Shown here: positions 18,150 to 28,568 of the stretch, piece after piece | How the letters are laid out: each line of letters begins with the position of its first letter | How positions within the stretch are numbered: position 1 is the stretch's first letter | Source of the DNA: Smithellaceae bacterium | GTDB lineage: Bacteria; Desulfobacterota; Syntrophia; Syntrophales; Smithellaceae | Direction of reading: 5' to 3' | Assembly (NCBI GenBank): GCA_963667845.2 | Contig: CAXXVL010000002.1 | Span: forward strand, 768,001 to 832,000 | DNA: 64,000 nt | Translations under genes and position numbers: made by a program | The notes under the pieces: generated by a model | The model's input: the letters and a program-made list of their open reading frames with translations, nothing else | What the model was told of the DNA's origin: nothing | Database searches by the model: none

Positions 18150-19472
18150 CTAATCTTTCAGATACTTATTCCGGACATAGTCATTGTCCTTGCCGATCTC
18201 ACTCGACACCCATTTGACCCGCGGAGGCGATTCGGACATTTTTACAAAATTGGCGCTGATCGTGTATTTACCCAGTTTTTCATCCTCCACTTCCTGAAAG
18301 GCCTTGCGGATCTGCCATTGTTTATTGCCCATGGCCTCCTCCGGCGTCATGAGCTTCATAACAATGGGAACACCGCCACCCCGCCATTTGGACCGGGCCG
18401 ACCTTTTGCTGTAATTCAAAGCCATCTTAACCAGCTCGTCGCTGGTGAATTGAAGCGTCTTTTCCTCGATGATTTTATGCAGGTGAATGGCCTGCTCCAG
18501 AATATCGGGAATACGATCCGACGAATAGCGCCAATCATCTTCTTGTTCCCAGAGACCAAGGATTTTTAAGAGCGCGCGAAAGTCATGATCACGGGGAGCG
18601 GCAATGGCCACAAAGCCGTCTTTGCATTTCCAGTGTCCATAGGGATACAGGATGAAATCCAGGACGCCGATACGCGGACGGGCTTTTTCCCAGGTAAAAC
18701 CGATGGTGGCCGGCATGCCGACCATGGAAGAATAGGCGTCCATACCGGCTACGTCAACCATCTGACCCTGGCCGGTATTTTGCCGGTGGATCAGGGCGAC
18801 CGTACCGCCGAGAGCTGCGGAAAGCCCCGAAATATACCACCCCGCCCACATACCGCCTCGGAGCGGCCAGTTTAAAGGTTCGGGTTCATTAGGCAGCCCG
18901 CCCATCTGCGCGGGCAGACCTGATCCCGCCTGTGATGTGATATCCGTATCAGGCATTTTTGCGGACTCTTTGGCTTTATCCGTGTATTGCCCGTAAGCGG
19001 AAAGAGCGATATAAATCAGCCCCGGATTGGTCTGGCTCAGTTGACGGTAACCGATTCCCCAGCCGTCCATCTCGCCGGGCGCGAAGCTTTCAATCACCAC
19101 CGCGGCCCTCTGGGCAAGCTTCGCAAATATTTTCCGGTCTTCAGGATTGTTTTTAATGTCCAGCGTCATATACCGCTTATTGCGGCCTTCAAACATGAAA
19201 GGAATTCCCACACCCTGGACCGTGACCCCGAAAGGGGTAATCTGTCGCGCCGGATCACCTGCTGCGGGCTCAATCTTAATGACCTCCGCTCCAAACTCGG
19301 CAAAGAAACTCGCGGCGATAATGCCCGCAAAGCTCGCCGAACTGACATCGAGCACGAGAATGTCGTCGAGCACTTCCGGTTTGCCTTCGGCATTCATGAT
19401 TTCGGCCAGGATTTTCCCCCGGTCACTGCCCTTGGCGGCGTGTCGAGTATAAATTTCTTCCTTCGGGCTCAT
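18150..19472 (-). CDS. Family III (CaiB/BaiF) CoA-transferase subunit lacking the catalytic Asp
   Basis: LVLDVS, FGAEVIKIEP, GRNKRYMTLD, VIESFAPG, SAYGQ. WAGWYISG at the usual xGD site. Confidence 0.85.
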   Translation of the reverse strand: MSPKEEIYTRHAAKGSDRGKILAEIMNAEGKPEVLDDILVLDVSSASFAGIIAASFFAEFGAEVIKIEPAAGDPARQITPFGVTVQGVGIPFMFEGRNKRYMTLDIKNNPEDRKIFAKLAQRAAVVIESFAPGEMDGWGIGYRQLSQTNPGLIYIALSAYGQYTDKAKESAKMPDTDITSQAGSGLPAQMGGLPNEPEPLNWPLRGGMWAGWYISGLSAALGGTVALIHRQNTGQGQMVDVAGMDAYSSMVGMPATIGFTWEKARPRIGVLDFILYPYGHWKCKDGFVAIAAPRDHDFRALLKILGLWEQEDDWRYSSDRIPDILEQAIHLHKIIEEKTLQFTSDELVKMALNYSKRSARSKWRGGGVPIVMKLMTPEEAMGNKQWQIRKAFQEVEDEKLGKYTISANFVKMSESPPRVKWVSSEIGKDNDYVRNKYLKD

Positions 19473-20824
19473 TTTCCAACCTCTTTTCCGTAGTTATAGA
19501 TGGGATCCTCACTCAGATTATAATAGACGGGCGGTTTCAATCCCGGCCTGTCGTCAAATGTTCCGACGACTTTTTTCTTTTCCAGCTCCTTGATTTGCTC
19601 TTCCGACAACCCCAGAAATTTCTTAAGTACAAGCCGGTTATGATAACCGAGCGGCCGCGCCAGCCATTTGGTGCGCGCCGGCGTTCCGGAAAGCTGAGCG
19701 GATGGCCCGGCAATAACCAGGTTGCCGTACACATCGTCTTTAAAAAGAATGACACTTCCCCTTTTTCGCCGCCATTCCTCATTGGCAATCATGAAGTCGT
19801 CGGCCACTTCGGCTGCAGGGAACCCCCATTCGTCAGCCAGTTTAACGATATCGGCGCAGGACTTTGACTTGACCCAGTCGACCGTCAATGCAGTCAATGC
19901 TTTGGCGTTGTCCGGCTTCAATCTTTCCAGTGTATCCGTAAAGCGGGGATCGGAGGCGAGTTCTGCCTTACCGATAGCTTCGGCAAAAGTCTTAAACTGG
20001 CCGGATGTCGCACAGGCCAGAGCCAGAAATTTGTCATCTGCGGTTTTGAAAATGGAGGCCGGCATCATTGTAGGGTCTGTATTTCCTGTTCGCCCGATAG
20101 CTTCCTTCGTCACTGAATTATAAGTATAATTAAACAACATGCGCATCAGGCCTTCTGTTTGAGCCATATCAATATACTGCCCCTTACCGGTTTTCTTCCG
20201 GTGATAGAGGGCCATTAACACAGCCAGCGCCCCGAAATTGCCGGGAACAAAATCCCCGACATAATCCGGCAGCTTGTAATAAATATCCGTATTAGGATAG
20301 CCGTTTAAGGTCAACACACCACTGGCTCCCTGGGCCAGGAGATCCCAGCCGGGGAAATAACGCATCGGACCAAACTGGCCGTATGTGGAGCAGCTCAGGA
20401 AAACGATTTTCGGATTAATCTTCGATATCTTTTCATACCCGATGCCCCATGCGTCCGCTGTACCGGGCGCGAAGTTTTCAATGACGACGTCCGCTTCTTC
20501 GGCCATTTTATAGATAAGGTCCTTGGACTCTTTCAACTGAAGATTGACCGAAAGAAAATACTTATTTTTAGTGATGTTGTGCCAGATCGGATTGGAATGT
20601 TTCCAGTATTTTCCCCAATAGGTCGCCGGCCGCCACAGATCGCCGTAAAAGGGCAACTCTAATTTTATCACTTCCGCCCCGTAATCCGCCAGAAGCCGTG
20701 CGGCAATCGGTCCGAAGATCACGTGAGAAAAATCCAGCACCCGAACACCCTTGAGCGCTTCGGGTTTTTGGCTTGCTTCGTCGGGATTGAACAGTTTTGC
20801 CGTATAAGAAAAATAATCTTCCAT
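19469..20824 (-). CDS. Family III (CaiB/BaiF) CoA-transferase, catalytic subunit
   Basis: LKGVRVLDFS, YGAEVIKLE, ADVVIENFAPG, STYGQFGP, WDLLAQGASG, YVGDFVPG. Confidence 0.9.
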   Translation of the reverse strand: MEDYFSYTAKLFNPDEASQKPEALKGVRVLDFSHVIFGPIAARLLADYGAEVIKLELPFYGDLWRPATYWGKYWKHSNPIWHNITKNKYFLSVNLQLKESKDLIYKMAEEADVVIENFAPGTADAWGIGYEKISKINPKIVFLSCSTYGQFGPMRYFPGWDLLAQGASGVLTLNGYPNTDIYYKLPDYVGDFVPGNFGALAVLMALYHRKKTGKGQYIDMAQTEGLMRMLFNYTYNSVTKEAIGRTGNTDPTMMPASIFKTADDKFLALACATSGQFKTFAEAIGKAELASDPRFTDTLERLKPDNAKALTALTVDWVKSKSCADIVKLADEWGFPAAEVADDFMIANEEWRRKRGSVILFKDDVYGNLVIAGPSAQLSGTPARTKWLARPLGYHNRLVLKKFLGLSEEQIKELEKKKVVGTFDDRPGLKPPVYYNLSEDPIYNYGKEVGK

Positions 20825-20826
20825 TG

Positions 20827-21531
20827 CTATCTCCCTAAATATGCCTTTTTCACCAGATTGTTCTTCATGAGATCCTTACCGGTTCCTTCGATAACGATTC
20901 TTCCTTCCTGAATAATATAACCCCGGTCGGCCAGCTGCAGGGCACGCAGGGCATTTTGTTCCGTCAGTAAAATCGTGAGTCCTGTTTCCCGAAGTTTGCC
21001 GAGAGTTTCATAAACGCTGTCGACGATGAGCGGCGCCAGACCAATCGAAGGTTCGTCAACCATTAAAAGATGGGGGATGGCCATCAGTCCCCGGCCAATC
21101 TTCAACATCTGCTGCTCGCCGCCGGAAAGCAGACGCGCCGACATGTTCGATCTTTCCTTTAAGATAGGGAAAAGGCTGAAAACATATTCCAGTGTCTGCT
21201 TTCTTTTGGACCAGGATGCTTTCCGGTAAGCCCCGAGCAAAAGATTTTCCCTCACGGTCATATAGGGAAAACTTTTCATGCCCTCGGGGACTTGCACAAT
21301 GCCGCGATTCACAATTTTATGCGATGGCAGACCCTGAATGGCTTCATCGCGAAAAAGTATCCTGCCGCTGGTAGGCTTCATCATGCCCTGAATTGAATTC
21401 AGAATCGAACTCTTCCCGGTGCCGTTGGACCCCAGGATGGTCACGATTTCTGATTGGCGGACATTGAAACTGACTCCATTCAACGCCGGAATAACGCCAT
21501 AAGACGCACTCAGATCACTTACTTCAAGCAT
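20827..21531 (-). CDS. ABC transporter ATP-binding protein, LivF-like
   Basis: GSNGTGKS, LSGGEQQML, VDEPSIGLAP. Start MLEVSD follows GGAGGG. Confidence 0.92.
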   Translation of the reverse strand: MLEVSDLSASYGVIPALNGVSFNVRQSEIVTILGSNGTGKSSILNSIQGMMKPTSGRILFRDEAIQGLPSHKIVNRGIVQVPEGMKSFPYMTVRENLLLGAYRKASWSKRKQTLEYVFSLFPILKERSNMSARLLSGGEQQMLKIGRGLMAIPHLLMVDEPSIGLAPLIVDSVYETLGKLRETGLTILLTEQNALRALQLADRGYIIQEGRIVIEGTGKDLMKNNLVKKAYLGR

Positions 21532-22270
21532 ATTCCCTCCAACCTCTCCCCAGATACGCTTCAATCACATCATCATTATTAACCACTTCATCCGGTGTGC
21601 CCTCCGCCAGTTTGGCGCCATAGTTGATCGCGACAATCCGGTCGGCCGCTTCCATCAGAACCGCCATCACATGTTCAATCCAGAAGACGGTGATGCCGAA
21701 CTCTTCTTTGGCTTTGCGAATCATCTTGATGGCGTTTTTGGCTTCGCCGGGATTGAGGCCGGCCATAACTTCATCAATAAACAGCAATTGAGGCGTCGTC
21801 GCCAGAGCCCGGGCCAACTCCAGCATTCTCAGTTCGTAAAACGTCAAGTCTCGCGCCAGAATATTGCGTTTGCTGAAAAGACCTACAAATTCCAGGTAGT
21901 GAGTCGCATCATACATCGCATCCTGAAAACTCTGATTGATCCTTTTTTTCCCGGAAATGGAACTGGCCAAAACACTGGTCAGCGCCGTTAGTTCCGGGAA
22001 AGGACGCGGAATCTGATAAGTCCGGGCAAGCCCCAAATGCGCTCTTTGATGAGGCTTCATATGCGTGATGTCCACGCCGTTCATTTCAATTTTTCCGGAC
22101 GTAGCGGGAAAGTAGCCTGTCAGGCAGTTGACCACCGTGGATTTACCGGCGCCGTTGGGACCGATAAATCCCAGCGTTTCCCCTTTATGAATTTCAAAGG
22201 ATACATCGTTGACTGCCACGATCCCTCCGAAACGTTTGACCAGATTGCTTACCTTAAGTAATGGCGCCAT
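21524..22270 (-). CDS. ABC transporter ATP-binding protein, LivG-like
   Basis: GPNGAGKST, LELARALA, IDEVMAGLN, IEHVM, VIEAYLG. Confidence 0.92.
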   Translation of the reverse strand: MAPLLKVSNLVKRFGGIVAVNDVSFEIHKGETLGFIGPNGAGKSTVVNCLTGYFPATSGKIEMNGVDITHMKPHQRAHLGLARTYQIPRPFPELTALTSVLASSISGKKRINQSFQDAMYDATHYLEFVGLFSKRNILARDLTFYELRMLELARALATTPQLLFIDEVMAGLNPGEAKNAIKMIRKAKEEFGITVFWIEHVMAVLMEAADRIVAINYGAKLAEGTPDEVVNNDDVIEAYLGRGWREYA

Positions 22271-22276
22271 AGCATC

Positions 22277-23317
22277 TTACCTCCGCACATGAATGGTTGG
22301 TAAATATTCGCGATAACGGCGCTTCCGATACAGACCGAATAAACCTTCCGGGAGAACGAACAGCAGAACCAGCAGAATAATGGGGAAGAGCAGCGGTTGG
22401 ATCGGCCCCATAAACCGAATCATCAGCATTTCCAGGAAGGAAACAAAGTAACCGCCGACCACGCAGCCGAAGATCTGGGCACGTCCGCCGATCATCAGCA
22501 CCAGCAGAACCTTCAGCATAAACGTCAGCGGCAAATACGTTTGGCCGGCAAATGAACTGAAGTAATGAGCGTAAAACCATCCGATGATGCCAACCATCGT
22601 CGCGGCGACAACGAAGGCGATAATTTTGACCTTGCTGATATTGATGCCGATGGAATGGGCAACGTCTTCATCATCGTTAATTGCCGCCATAATAAGTCCA
22701 TAGCGGGATTTGAGAATTTTATTGATGATCCACAGATAGGCGAACATGATCACCGTGGAAATATAGCCGATAATGAGAAAATTATTTTTGGCGTTACCGG
22801 TATCCAGGAGCGGTACTATGCCGAACAAGCCGGTATCCCCTTTGAAAATATCGGTATAGATGAAGGTCACCTCCAGGAAAACCAGCGGCAACAGCAGTGA
22901 GAGAAGAACATAGTAAAGACCCCGCGCCATGATGACCAGCGGACTGAACATAAGGGCCGCGATCACCGACATCAGGATGGCAAAAGGCAACGTTGTCAGA
23001 GGTCCCCATCCATAGGCGATGCTCAAGAGCGCCGCCGTATAGCCTCCCACGCCGATGTAAAATTGGGGCCCGAAGTTCATGCGTCCCGTACCGATGGTCA
23101 TCAGCGCCAAGGGCATTGCAATGGCGGCATAAAGATTGGCTGAAATCATCGTATTGATCAAGCCGGGGCTGATGAAGTAGGATATCGTCGGAAAGAGGAA
23201 AAGGACGACGGCCCAGATCAGCGTGTTGCGCCAGTAGCGCGGCTCAAGAACCCATTCCCACTTATTTGTTCCCAACCTGATAACAATTCGGTCTCTCTTT
23301 AATTCCATTTCTACCAT
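22277..23317 (-). CDS. ABC transporter permease, LivM-like
   Basis: GTGRMNFGPQFYIGVGGY, SRYGLIMAAINDDEDVAHSIGIN; many transmembrane segments. Start may be 23308. Confidence 0.88.
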   Translation of the reverse strand: MVEMELKRDRIVIRLGTNKWEWVLEPRYWRNTLIWAVVLFLFPTISYFISPGLINTMISANLYAAIAMPLALMTIGTGRMNFGPQFYIGVGGYTAALLSIAYGWGPLTTLPFAILMSVIAALMFSPLVIMARGLYYVLLSLLLPLVFLEVTFIYTDIFKGDTGLFGIVPLLDTGNAKNNFLIIGYISTVIMFAYLWIINKILKSRYGLIMAAINDDEDVAHSIGINISKVKIIAFVVAATMVGIIGWFYAHYFSSFAGQTYLPLTFMLKVLLVLMIGGRAQIFGCVVGGYFVSFLEMLMIRFMGPIQPLLFPIILLVLLFVLPEGLFGLYRKRRYREYLPTIHVRR

Positions 23318-24186
23318 AACGACTCACTCCTTGCTAATCCCTGGGGTCGAATAACTAAAATAACCATGACCAGAATCAATGCCGATAAATTCATAAAGCG
23401 CGGCTCTCCAATGACGTTGCAGGCGATGGCATGGGTAAACCCGATTAAGAAACTGGCCATAATCGTCCCTTTAATGTTCCCCAATCCGCCTAAAACCGCG
23501 ACAAGAATGGCGGTAGTCATATACGACCAGCCCATGATCGGACTGACTTCCAGGACCGGCGCGACAAGAAGCATCCCGATGATGACGGGCAAAAGAACGA
23601 TCATCATCGTAAAAGCATAGAGCGTCTCGACATTGATGCCGACAATTTTCGATGAATAAATATCCTGAGACAAAGCCCGGATGGCCATTCCGGTTTTTGT
23701 TTTGACGAAAAAGAAAACGAAGGCGCCGGTCATCGCAAGACCGATTAAGGCGCTGATCATCAGCTGCTTGGGAATGACCACCTCTCCGATTTGAAAGGTG
23801 CCGTCCATCAGTGTGGTGTCCAGATAGACGCCCGCCTGAATCGGATAGAAATAATTGGCCGCCTGCTCCACAATCAGCGCTACGAGGAGCAGCGCTGTCA
23901 GAAGAACGTCCTCAGTATACATGTATTTCTTAATCATCCCCTTGTAAATGAGAATGGAGACAATAAATTGGATGGCGACCATCCCTAAAATGGACGGGAT
24001 CAGGGGCCAATCGAGAGCCGACATGAACATCCAGGTGCCGTAAACCGTCAGTGGAAAAATATAGGCGTATCCGAGATGGAAGATTCTAAGCACCCCACAG
24101 ATCAGAGAAAAGCCAAGTGAAATCAAAAGATAAATTGAACCCAACACAAAAGTATAAACGATAACCGTCTGAATGTAAGTCCACAT
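23311..24186 (-). CDS. ABC transporter permease, LivH-like
   Basis: GSIYLLISLGFSLICG, KTKTGMAIRALSQD, VLGGLGNIKG. Confidence 0.9.
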   Translation of the reverse strand: MWTYIQTVIVYTFVLGSIYLLISLGFSLICGVLRIFHLGYAYIFPLTVYGTWMFMSALDWPLIPSILGMVAIQFIVSILIYKGMIKKYMYTEDVLLTALLLVALIVEQAANYFYPIQAGVYLDTTLMDGTFQIGEVVIPKQLMISALIGLAMTGAFVFFFVKTKTGMAIRALSQDIYSSKIVGINVETLYAFTMMIVLLPVIIGMLLVAPVLEVSPIMGWSYMTTAILVAVLGGLGNIKGTIMASFLIGFTHAIACNVIGEPRFMNLSALILVMVILVIRPQGLARSESLW

Positions 24187-24298
24187 GCCCTTTCACCCTC
24201 TATGAATAGATCTAAAATTTTTTCAAAACAACGATCATAAAAAAGTCCCCGGATTGATCGGGAACCACTTCTTGCGCTTTGATCAGCGCCGGATGATC

Positions 24299-24394
24299 TG
24301 GCATCCGGCATGCCGGGTAAAGACACAAAGAACAACCGGACCGGCACACAGCCGGTACAATTGTTGTCGAAAAAATTGTGGAATCAGATTTTTA
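24299..24394 (-). promoter_or_regulatory. Candidate sigma54 promoter with upstream IHF-like site
   Basis: Minus strand CGGCATGCCGGATGC (GG-N10-GC) at about 24301-24315. AATCAG-N4-TTA at 24382-24394 next to an A-tract. Confidence 0.35.
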
Positions 24395-24921
24395 TAAGCC
24401 TTGAAAAGTTGAAAATGTTCTTCTGCAGGAAATGTATTGTTGATTGACGCTGAACCCGGACGGGTATCAAGCGGAATGATGCGTGTATGGGTGATACATT
24501 GTGTTGGAAAGTACGCCGCGAACACAAGACCTCCAAAGCTTCCAGATTTTGAATCTGTTCCATCTTCAGGATGACCGTGTGGCAAAAAATTCCAGACGTC
24601 GGCTCCCAATGATTATGCGTTTTTCAGCTGCTTTGAAACGGTTCACATTCAACGCCCGCATTCTCTTTGAAAAATGCGAAGTGGCTTACTTATTAGGTCA
24701 TGATGATTATTTTGTCAACGAAAAATTTTTATTTCTTCCAAAGTGACGCTATTTCAAATAACTCCCTTCTTCACGGCCATCTTCTTACGACGATCTTTTT
24801 TGGCAGACGCCTCTGCGACTCGCTGATTTTTTCCCATCCAACAAGACGGAACGGGGGATTGCGTGAGACGACGCCGGGATCCCTGCAGTGACTATCCGCT
24901 GCATTAGCATTTTCTGGATGA

Positions 24922-26079
24922 TTAACGGATCAAGAGGCTGCGTACGGCTTCTACGGCCGTGTCCACGTCCTGATTTGTATTGAAATATCCAAAACTAAAG
25001 CGAATGGCTCCCCCGGGGAACGTCCCCAGAGTTCGGTGGGCGGATGGTGCGCAATGAAGGCCGGCCCGGCACAGGATGCCGTAACGTTCTTCAAAATGCA
25101 GGGCCGCATCCGATGCTGAAATACCGGCCATGTTAAAAGACACGACGGCGGTTTGCTTGAAAACATCGTTCGGACCGTAAATCTTAACAGGACCCGACAT
25201 ATCAGCCATTTGGCTGAGAAAACGTGCCGTAAGCTTTTCTTCCACGGCTCGGATGCCTTCCACCGCTCGCTCCAGAACGAAGCTCACCCCGGCATACAGA
25301 CCCGCACACCCGACCGTATTGGGCGTACCGCTTTCATATTTGTCCGGCATAAAATCCGGTTGCGCTTCGAATTCGGAGCGGCTGCCCGTCCCGCCAGTCA
25401 TCAGCGGGTCGATTATTTTTTCGAGTCCCTTGCGGATATAGAGCCCGCCGGTGCCCTGAGGGCCGAAGAGCGATTTATGACCCGTGAAAGCCAGGAGATC
25501 GATTGCCGCCTTTCGTACATCAATCGGCACGACTCCGGCCGTCTGAGCGGCATCGACACAAAAAAGAATATCGCCCTTTTCCTTGACCAGAGAGCCTATG
25601 GCTTCAATCGGCATGATAGTGCCGGTCACATTGGACGCGTGTGTCAGGATAACCATTTTTGTGTTGTGTCGCAGATATTGCCGGATGTCACCGGGATCCA
25701 GCTCGCCTCGAGGTGAGCAGGGAATCAGCGAGAGTTCCACGCCCTGTGATTCCAGCCATCGCAGCGGCCGCATCACGGAATTGTGCTCCATGGAACTGGT
25801 AATAACATGGTCTCCCGGCTTGATCGCCCCTCTCAGGACGATGTTGAGTGCCTCCGTAGAATTTTTTGTCAATACGATTCGCAGCGGATCACCGATGCGG
25901 AACAACCGCGACAAAATTTCACGCGTTTCATAAACAATACGGCCAGCGTCAATAGAACGGCCGTGGCCGGAACGGCCCGGAGACGCACCGATCGTCTGTT
26001 GATAATTGATCATTGCTGACAATACGTTATCTGGTTTGGGAAATGATGTTGCGGCATTATCGAGATAAACTGTTTTCAT
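24922..26079 (-). CDS. Cysteine desulfurase family protein (class V PLP enzyme, group II-like)
   Basis: YLDNAATSFPKP, MEHNSV, HASNVTG, VDAAQTAG, TGHKSL and CRAGLHCAP. Start MKTVY. Confidence 0.9.
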   Translation of the reverse strand: MKTVYLDNAATSFPKPDNVLSAMINYQQTIGASPGRSGHGRSIDAGRIVYETREILSRLFRIGDPLRIVLTKNSTEALNIVLRGAIKPGDHVITSSMEHNSVMRPLRWLESQGVELSLIPCSPRGELDPGDIRQYLRHNTKMVILTHASNVTGTIMPIEAIGSLVKEKGDILFCVDAAQTAGVVPIDVRKAAIDLLAFTGHKSLFGPQGTGGLYIRKGLEKIIDPLMTGGTGSRSEFEAQPDFMPDKYESGTPNTVGCAGLYAGVSFVLERAVEGIRAVEEKLTARFLSQMADMSGPVKIYGPNDVFKQTAVVSFNMAGISASDAALHFEERYGILCRAGLHCAPSAHRTLGTFPGGAIRFSFGYFNTNQDVDTAVEAVRSLLIR

Positions 26080-26089
26080 GTGCTTTTTC

Positions 26090-26300
26090 CTTGACCGCGC
26101 AAAACCAGCACTTGGTTGCCAGCGGGGTTCCATACTAAGCAAAGAAACGATCCGTTGGCAATAGTTATCAACTCCATTCCGCAAAGTGACGGGTGAAGCG
26201 GTGATTCGGAAGTCGCGTACGTTTTGCCGTCATCGGCTGAGTAGCCGGCTTTTATCTGCCATCCCGACAAAAGGTCGACCCTAGCGGGTGCATCGGGTTA
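26090..26300 (-). pseudogene. Possible remnant of an Asp-box (BNR) repeat protein
   Basis: GYSADDGKTYATSESPLHPSLCGMELITIANGSFLCLVWNP resembles SxDxGxTW plus the following strand. No intact ORF. Confidence 0.3.
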
Positions 26301-27245
26301 TGTTCAAACCGAACATTGGCCGGATTTGCCGAAATAGCCCCTGGGGCCGTTAAAGAAAAGGCGTGACGGCGTCCCAAAGCACCTTTCACTTCCAGAGTGT
26401 CCGCGCAATAATCTCTCCTTACGTCAATACTTATTTCTCTTGAGAAGCGGGATAGCCCGCTCCATCCCGTGCTTTGATTTCTTTCGGATGATCCCGGCTT
26501 TTGATTGATCCCCCAAATTCCTCACGACGAATTCTTTTTTTGCAACGAAGCCAGACGTATACCTTCTCGTTCCTGCACTGCCCTTCATTATGAAGTATCC
26601 GGAAATTAGCTGAAAAGCTAACAGATGTCCGGATGAAGAACAAATTAAGAAGAATAGCTGGCCGTCGGGGATTATAACTTAACAGGATATTCCGTAACAA
26701 ACATTACGAGCGAAAAGATTCACGTCCTGAATTGTTCACATGTCGCGATATTTGTCAGCTGGCAAGCTCGTGCTCGATCGATTTTCAGGAATCCTGCCCC
26801 TTCATGGTCTCGGTAGGATTGAAATGCGAAATATTTCTTGACAAGTCCTTCCCGCTAAATATAGAACAATCAACGTTCGTTGTATGAAATAATTCTTTAT
26901 CACTGATGACGGGATGATATTCCATGTTGGATCTGCATCATTGCCAAACGTGCTGAATTTGCGGAAGGGCGAATCTATTTGATTTACCGATCGCTTTGAC
27001 ACTCTCCAGCCCGGATCGCTTATATCCCGCAGATAAGGTTTCCCTGCAGACCCAGCGGAATGCGACAAGATCATCCAGAGGACTTGCAGGCTAAAATTTG
27101 TTTCAGAAGTCGATAATTGTGAGGCAATTATTTCAATCAGTCTTACTCCGGTTCACCGGTGGCATAGTATGGAGTTAACCAGCCGCGTCTCGAAGACATT
27201 ATTATTTTGGGACCGGCAATGATTAGCAAAGAAAGGGGATATGAA

Positions 27246-28479
27246 ATGAGGTATTGGAGAAGTCTGTTATGTTCTATGGTTGTTTCTGCGCTTATGGTTT
27301 GGAGCTCGCCCGCGTCCGCGGAAGAGATCGTTATCGGTTTTACCGGGCCATTGAGTGGTCCCGCCGCTGAATACGGACAGGATTGCGTGAACGGCGTCGA
27401 CATGGCCGTCAAGGAATTGAATGCGGCGGGCGGCTTTAAAGTTAAGGGGAAGAAGTACACGTTCAAACTGGAAAAACTTGATGACCGCATTGATCCGACG
27501 CTGGCGAAGAACAACGCTCTGCGATTAGTCAATCAGAGCAAAGCCATTGCGGTTTTTAACCCGATCGTTACGACACTCGCGTCGATTATGGGCATCCCCG
27601 AACAAAATTTCATTATCGTGGCTTACACCAGCATCCATACGATCCTGGAAAAAGGTCACCCGATGATTATTAATCCCGTTCCCAATTTCGTAACCTACGC
27701 GCAGTTGATGGCCGATCAGGCCTGGGAAAGCGGCTACAGGAGATGCGCCATGGTGGTGACGATGGGCGGTTACGGTGACGACCTGGCGTTCAGCATTTAA
27801 CCATTTGCGGGTCAATAAAGGTGGTCGTGTCGTTGGTGACTATCCCGCCAACTACTTTAGCGAAACGGATTTTTCCACTCAGTTATCGGCGGCACTGAAC
27901 AAGAAGCCCGATTTTCTGCTGATCGGCGGTCCTTCGGCTACCACCGTTCTGGTGATTGAACAGGCCAGAGCCATGGGATTCAAAGGCGGATTCGTCGTGA
28001 TTGACCAGGCTAAACCGGACTATATCGCGAAAGTGATTAAAGACATGAAGATGCTCGAGGGAATGATCAGCACGGGTGCCCTGAAAGATTTGCCCCTGCC
28101 GTCAGTCCCTGCTTTCGCTGCCAAATATCAGGCGGCCTATAAAAGAGACATGGGGGCTGAATGCGTACTAAATTACAACTCCATGCATGTGCTGGCGCGC
28201 ACCATTGAGGTGTCGCAATCCATTGATCCCAGGGTGATCCGCCGGAACATCTATAAAGCCCTGCCGACCGCCGGCGACAAAGTTCCCAATGAGCTATTTG
28301 CCATGAACGACAACGGTTTTATGTATTGCGGTTTGATCATGCAGCATGTCAAGAACGGCAAATTCAGCAAAGTGGATTACATTCTGGCTTTCCCGAAAAC
28401 ACACGCCGAATTTATGAAATACAAAAAGATGAGCAAGAGCAAGGAACCGGAGATGATCCGCTGGGTACCGCTTCAGTAG
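27246..28479 (+). pseudogene. LivJ/HAAT-like substrate-binding protein split by a +1 frameshift near 27780
   Basis: First part has a signal peptide and IGFTGPLSGPAAEYG. Removing one base in gacgacctggcgt joins GGYGDD to WRSAFN...DFSTQL...PDFLLIGG. Confidence 0.85.
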
Positions 28480-28534
28480 CTGATCCGGTGATTATCTGAT
28501 CGGGCATCTAGATCAAAAACCGATGATAGCAGTT

Positions 28535-28568
28535 AACCCCCGTTTTCTACACAGAAAACGGGGGTTTT
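28535..28568 (+). terminator. Rho-independent terminator
   Basis: aacccccgttttct-acac-agaaaacgggggtttt. Confidence 0.85.

Noticed and set aside
24190..24920. Short ORFs in the spacer between livH and the desulfurase
   Set aside because: No RBS or motifs; more consistent with regulatory DNA.
26080..26430. Possible selenoprotein (UGA readthrough) beside the desulfurase-like gene
   Set aside because: The frame after the RBS-like site hits TGA and then TAA two codons later, and shows no redox motif.
27760..27800. Programmed ribosomal frameshift in the binding-protein gene
   Set aside because: No slippery heptamer or homopolymer run at the shift site.
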